Shown: positions 62,052 through 64,000 of the stretch, one piece after another
Numbering within the stretch: the first letter of the stretch is position 1
Layout: each line of letters begins with the position of its first letter
Assembly (NCBI GenBank): GCA_963717465.1
Contig: OY970340.1
Coordinates: 512,001 to 576,000 of the forward strand
Direction: 5' to 3'
DNA length: 64,000 bases
DNA from: Candidatus Bathyarchaeota archaeon
GTDB taxonomy: Archaea > Thermoproteota > Bathyarchaeia > Bathyarchaeales > Bathycorpusculaceae
The notes under the pieces: generated by a model
Databases searched by the model: none
Told to the model about the DNA's origin: nothing
What the model saw: only the letters and a program-made list of their open reading frames with translations
Position numbers and translations under genes: made by a program

Positions 62052-62591
62052 ATGACTCAACAGATGGATCAGCCTGCACAAACCGTAATAAACATTGAAC
62101 AACCAACATCAGTACCAAGCTCTAAAAAAGAGAATATTCCCCAAATATCTTTACCAGAACTCCTCGACGCCATGAAAAACATCGCAGATGATGTTGGACA
62201 AATAAACGAGCTAACTTCAGAAGAAAAATTACTAGTTGCAGAGTTTTTCAATTCGTTACTAAAATTCATGCAACCACTAGCCCCAGAAATCGCCATAAAC
62301 GTTTCAGTCCTCCCACCAGGAATGGGAAACGTAACAGCTGCACACCTAGATCCAACTGGCCATTTAATTCTCATATTTGCTGATGGGCATATTGAATTGA
62401 AAAACCTTGCTGTTGACAAAAACCGGGACCTGTTAATATTGATAATTCAAGATGTGGTTCCGAAGTTTAAGCAATTAACAAGCGCAGAGAAACGTAAGGT
62501 AGAGAGCAGAATCAAGTTTTTATCAGCCATTACAAAAGAAATGCAGAAAATTTCAAACACTCTTTCATCCGCTATTTCAAAGCGTGAATAA
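62052..62591 (+). CDS. hypothetical protein
   Basis: About 179-aa ORF from ATG 62052 with helical termini. Confidence 0.7.
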   Translation: MTQQMDQPAQTVINIEQPTSVPSSKKENIPQISLPELLDAMKNIADDVGQINELTSEEKLLVAEFFNSLLKFMQPLAPEIAINVSVLPPGMGNVTAAHLDPTGHLILIFADGHIELKNLAVDKNRDLLILIIQDVVPKFKQLTSAEKRKVESRIKFLSAITKEMQKISNTLSSAISKRE

Positions 62592-62799
62592 ATTCGTTTG
62601 CTTTTCTCCTTTTTTGTTTTTTAATCCTTCTTGTTTTTTGTTATTATTCATTGTCTTAATGTTCATAATTTAAGCGGTTATTCCGCATTTTAGGTTGTTT
62701 GCTTTCTAAGTTATATTAAATCTTATGTGTTAATACACAATACTTTTATACGTAGACACGAGAATTAAAACAATAAAAACAACAATAGAGGAAAAAACA

Positions 62800-63168
62800 A
62801 TGGGAACAGTCCTCGTAGTAGACGACGCATCATTCATGAGAGCAGTGCTAAAAAAAATAATTCTACAATCAGGACACGAAGTAATTGCAGAAGCATCCAG
62901 TGGCGACGAAGCAATAACACAATTCCAACAGGCAAAACCAGACCTCGTATTGATGGACATAGTCATGCCGCCAGGACAAAAAGCAAAAGATGGAATCGAA
63001 GCAGTCAGACAAATAGTAACAACAAACCCAACGGCAAAAATAGTAATGTGCAGTTCAATGGGGCAACAAGCATTAATAGCAGAAGCTATCAAAGCAGGCG
63101 CTAAAGATTTTATCGTAAAACCATTCCAACCTCAGAAAGTAATGGAAGTACTATCGAAATATTGCTGA
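62800..63168 (+). CDS. cheY: chemotaxis response regulator
   Basis: 'VVDDASFMR', 'MDIVMP', 'CSSMGQ', 'FIVKPFQ'; next to cheD. Confidence 0.92.
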   Translation: MGTVLVVDDASFMRAVLKKIILQSGHEVIAEASSGDEAITQFQQAKPDLVLMDIVMPPGQKAKDGIEAVRQIVTTNPTAKIVMCSSMGQQALIAEAIKAGAKDFIVKPFQPQKVMEVLSKYC

Positions 63169-63180
63169 GGCAAGAAAACA

Positions 63181-63816
63181 GTGTTAACCAGCCCTACTCC
63201 AAATTTCGCGACTTTAGCGGCGGTCAACCTCCACAGCAAGTTCGAAATTGGAACATTAAGAAAACAAGCAAAACTAAACGCTATCCAAACTGAAACCGTA
63301 TTTGCAAGCCCATCGATATCAATACGTGCAGGCGAAAAAGTGGAAGAAGTTCGAGTGGAAATGGCGGAGATGAAAGTAGATAGTAGGCCAATAGAATTGA
63401 TTACATCAGTTGGATCATGCATTGCCATTTGCATGTATGATACAAAAAATGGATGTGGGGGATTGGCTCATATCATGCTTCCAAACTCTGCGATTGCTCC
63501 ACACGAACATCTTCCATCAAAATTTGCAGATACAGCTGTGCCTGCTTTGCGAGAAGGCATTATAAAAATGAGCAAAAGAGAAGAACGTCTTTCAGCAAAG
63601 ATAGCCGGAGGAGCCAACATGTTTTCGAGTTTAAAGAACAACACTCTTGAGATTGGGTCAAAAAATATTAGCGCTGTTAAGGCAGCGTTGGACAGTAATA
63701 AAATCAGGCTGATGGGAGAGGATGTTGGAGGAAATCACGGGCGAAAAATATCTTTTAATATTGAAACAGGAGTTACAATTGTTCGACATTTCAACGGAGA
63801 GATAATTAAAATATGA
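63181..63816 (+). CDS. cheD: chemoreceptor glutamine deamidase (GTG 63340 is an alternative start)
   Basis: 'VGSCIAI', 'GGLAHIMLP', 'KFAD', 'AKIAGGANMF', 'EDVGGNHGR'. Confidence 0.93.
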   Translation: MLTSPTPNFATLAAVNLHSKFEIGTLRKQAKLNAIQTETVFASPSISIRAGEKVEEVRVEMAEMKVDSRPIELITSVGSCIAICMYDTKNGCGGLAHIMLPNSAIAPHEHLPSKFADTAVPALREGIIKMSKREERLSAKIAGGANMFSSLKNNTLEIGSKNISAVKAALDSNKIRLMGEDVGGNHGRKISFNIETGVTIVRHFNGEIIKI

Positions 63817-64000
63817 GCGAAAATGTAGAAAACATGATAGAAGGGATAGATGCTTCAGAACAAAACTTTGTGATTACGACGACTCAAATTGACCAAAAGG
63901 AGCTGGACATATTCAGAGAGATAGGAAGCATAGGTTCAGGACACGCAGCAACGTCGCTTTCAGAAGTTCTAATGCAGGATGTCCAAATGGATATACCCTC
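63813..64000 (+). CDS. cheC: CheC-family phosphatase, 5' part only
   Basis: My translation gives 'ELDIFREIGSIGSGHAATSLSEVL'; ATGA overlap with cheD. Confidence 0.85.
   Translation, partial: MSENVENMIEGIDASEQNFVITTTQIDQKELDIFREIGSIGSGHAATSLSEVLMQDVQMDIP

Overview
An AT-rich archaeal chromosomal segment. Gene content (class I LysRS, UPF0147/UPF0148, archaellum, Ftr-family gene, TrmB) suggests Bathyarchaeia or a related TACK lineage; this assignment is inference. Left to right: HhH-GPD glycosylase, a VapBC pair downstream of tRNA-Arg(GCG), lysS, an SPFH/zinc-ribbon operon, and a variable region (about 7.7-23.2 kb). That region holds a MoxR-DUF58-transglutaminase operon, a large surface protein, a MarR-ABC exporter and several gene and tRNA remnants. 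Then come core genes (ABC pair, tmk, HD hydrolase), an archaellum cluster, a purine cluster, a second type IV pilus locus, TrmB, a VWA-CbbQ pair and the start of a che operon. The strongest signal is in the purine cluster. It encodes steps 1, 2, 4 and 5 (purF, purD, purS/L/Q, purM) but no purN or purT. Directly after purD, and translationally coupled to it, sit a HAD-like phosphatase (EhaR-like), a divergent Ftr formyltransferase (EhaS-like) and a PfkB kinase (EhaT-like). This is a candidate new route for GAR formylation. Second, one archaellin carries a zinc ribbon inside its cleavable leader peptide. Many genes between about 39.7 and 60 kb are frameshifted, probably from sequencing indels. 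All family calls come from reading motifs by eye; no database searches were run.
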